Notes under the pieces: model-generated
Told to the model about the DNA's origin: nothing
The model's input: only the letters and a program-made list of their open reading frames with translations
The model's database searches: none
Origin: Amphiscolops sp. MND2022
Lineage: Eukaryota
DNA: 64,000 nucleotides
Direction of reading: 5' to 3'
Assembly (NCBI GenBank): GCA_964187785.1
Contig: OZ076409.1
Span: forward strand, 2,418,001 to 2,482,000
Made by a program: the position numbers and the translations under genes
Shown here: positions 63,661 to 64,000 of the stretch, piece by piece
How the letters are laid out: the number at the start of each line of letters is the position of its first letter
Position numbering within the stretch: the stretch's first letter is position 1

Positions 63661-63672
63661 GAACAGACCAAC

Positions 63673-63894
63673 CTTCTTTCGCAACTCTGGTTTGCCTTTC
63701 TTCACAGTGGCCATGACCATGTCGCCAGAGGCGGCTGCCGGGAGCCGGTTGAGTCTGCCGTGCACGTGTTTGACCGAGATGATGTAGAGGTTCTTGGCGC
63801 CAGTGTTGTCCGCACAGTTGATCACCGCGCCCACCGGAAGACCGAGCGAGATCTTGAACTTGCTGCCTCCACCTCCCTTACCACGTCGAGACAT
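63673..63894 (-). CDS. RPL23: 60S ribosomal protein L23 (uL14), coding exon 1
   Basis: [41 protein letters not shown]...KPELRKK, donor AAG|GTTGGT; spliced protein 139 aa. Confidence 0.98.
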
Positions 63895-64000
63895 TTTCTA
63901 GCACTCACAAGGGGGTCTGAAACACTTTTGTACAGTTGAATAATTCACCGCCTAATTCGTATAGCAAGGGACCGAATAAAATAGTACGAATATTGTGAAA

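Overview
Eukaryotic (animal-like), AT-rich, repeat-dense genomic DNA. It carries three intron-containing genes, all on the minus strand and all involved in translation: cytosolic ribosomal protein RPL23/uL14 (2 coding exons, 61900-63894), mitochondrial prolyl-tRNA synthetase PARS2 (6 firm exons 8170-47610 plus a putative first exon present twice, 51874-52026 and 58635-58790), and the 5' part of mitoribosomal MRPS18B/mS40 (exons between ~1150 and 4537; the 3' end appears to run off the window). Reconstructing the exons requires one certain GC donor and suggests further GC, GG and GA donors. The 20.5-kb PARS2 intron holds a 4 x ~2.5-kb tandem array that re-copies the gene's own splice acceptor plus a decayed SGNH hydrolase gene, followed by a decayed Helitron-like Rep-PIF1 helicase with a C-terminal GIY-YIG nuclease. 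Another intron holds a decayed CRE-like (restriction-like endonuclease) non-LTR retrotransposon preceded by an SGNH esterase ORF and a PHD-like finger. A 5-7 kb local duplication lies between PARS2 and RPL23. There are many non-autonomous elements: Helentron/DINE-type elements (several with tRNA-like cores or an internal satellite) and hAT, Tc1/mariner, piggyBac-like and foldback MITEs. All calls come from manual reading and translation; no database search was run.
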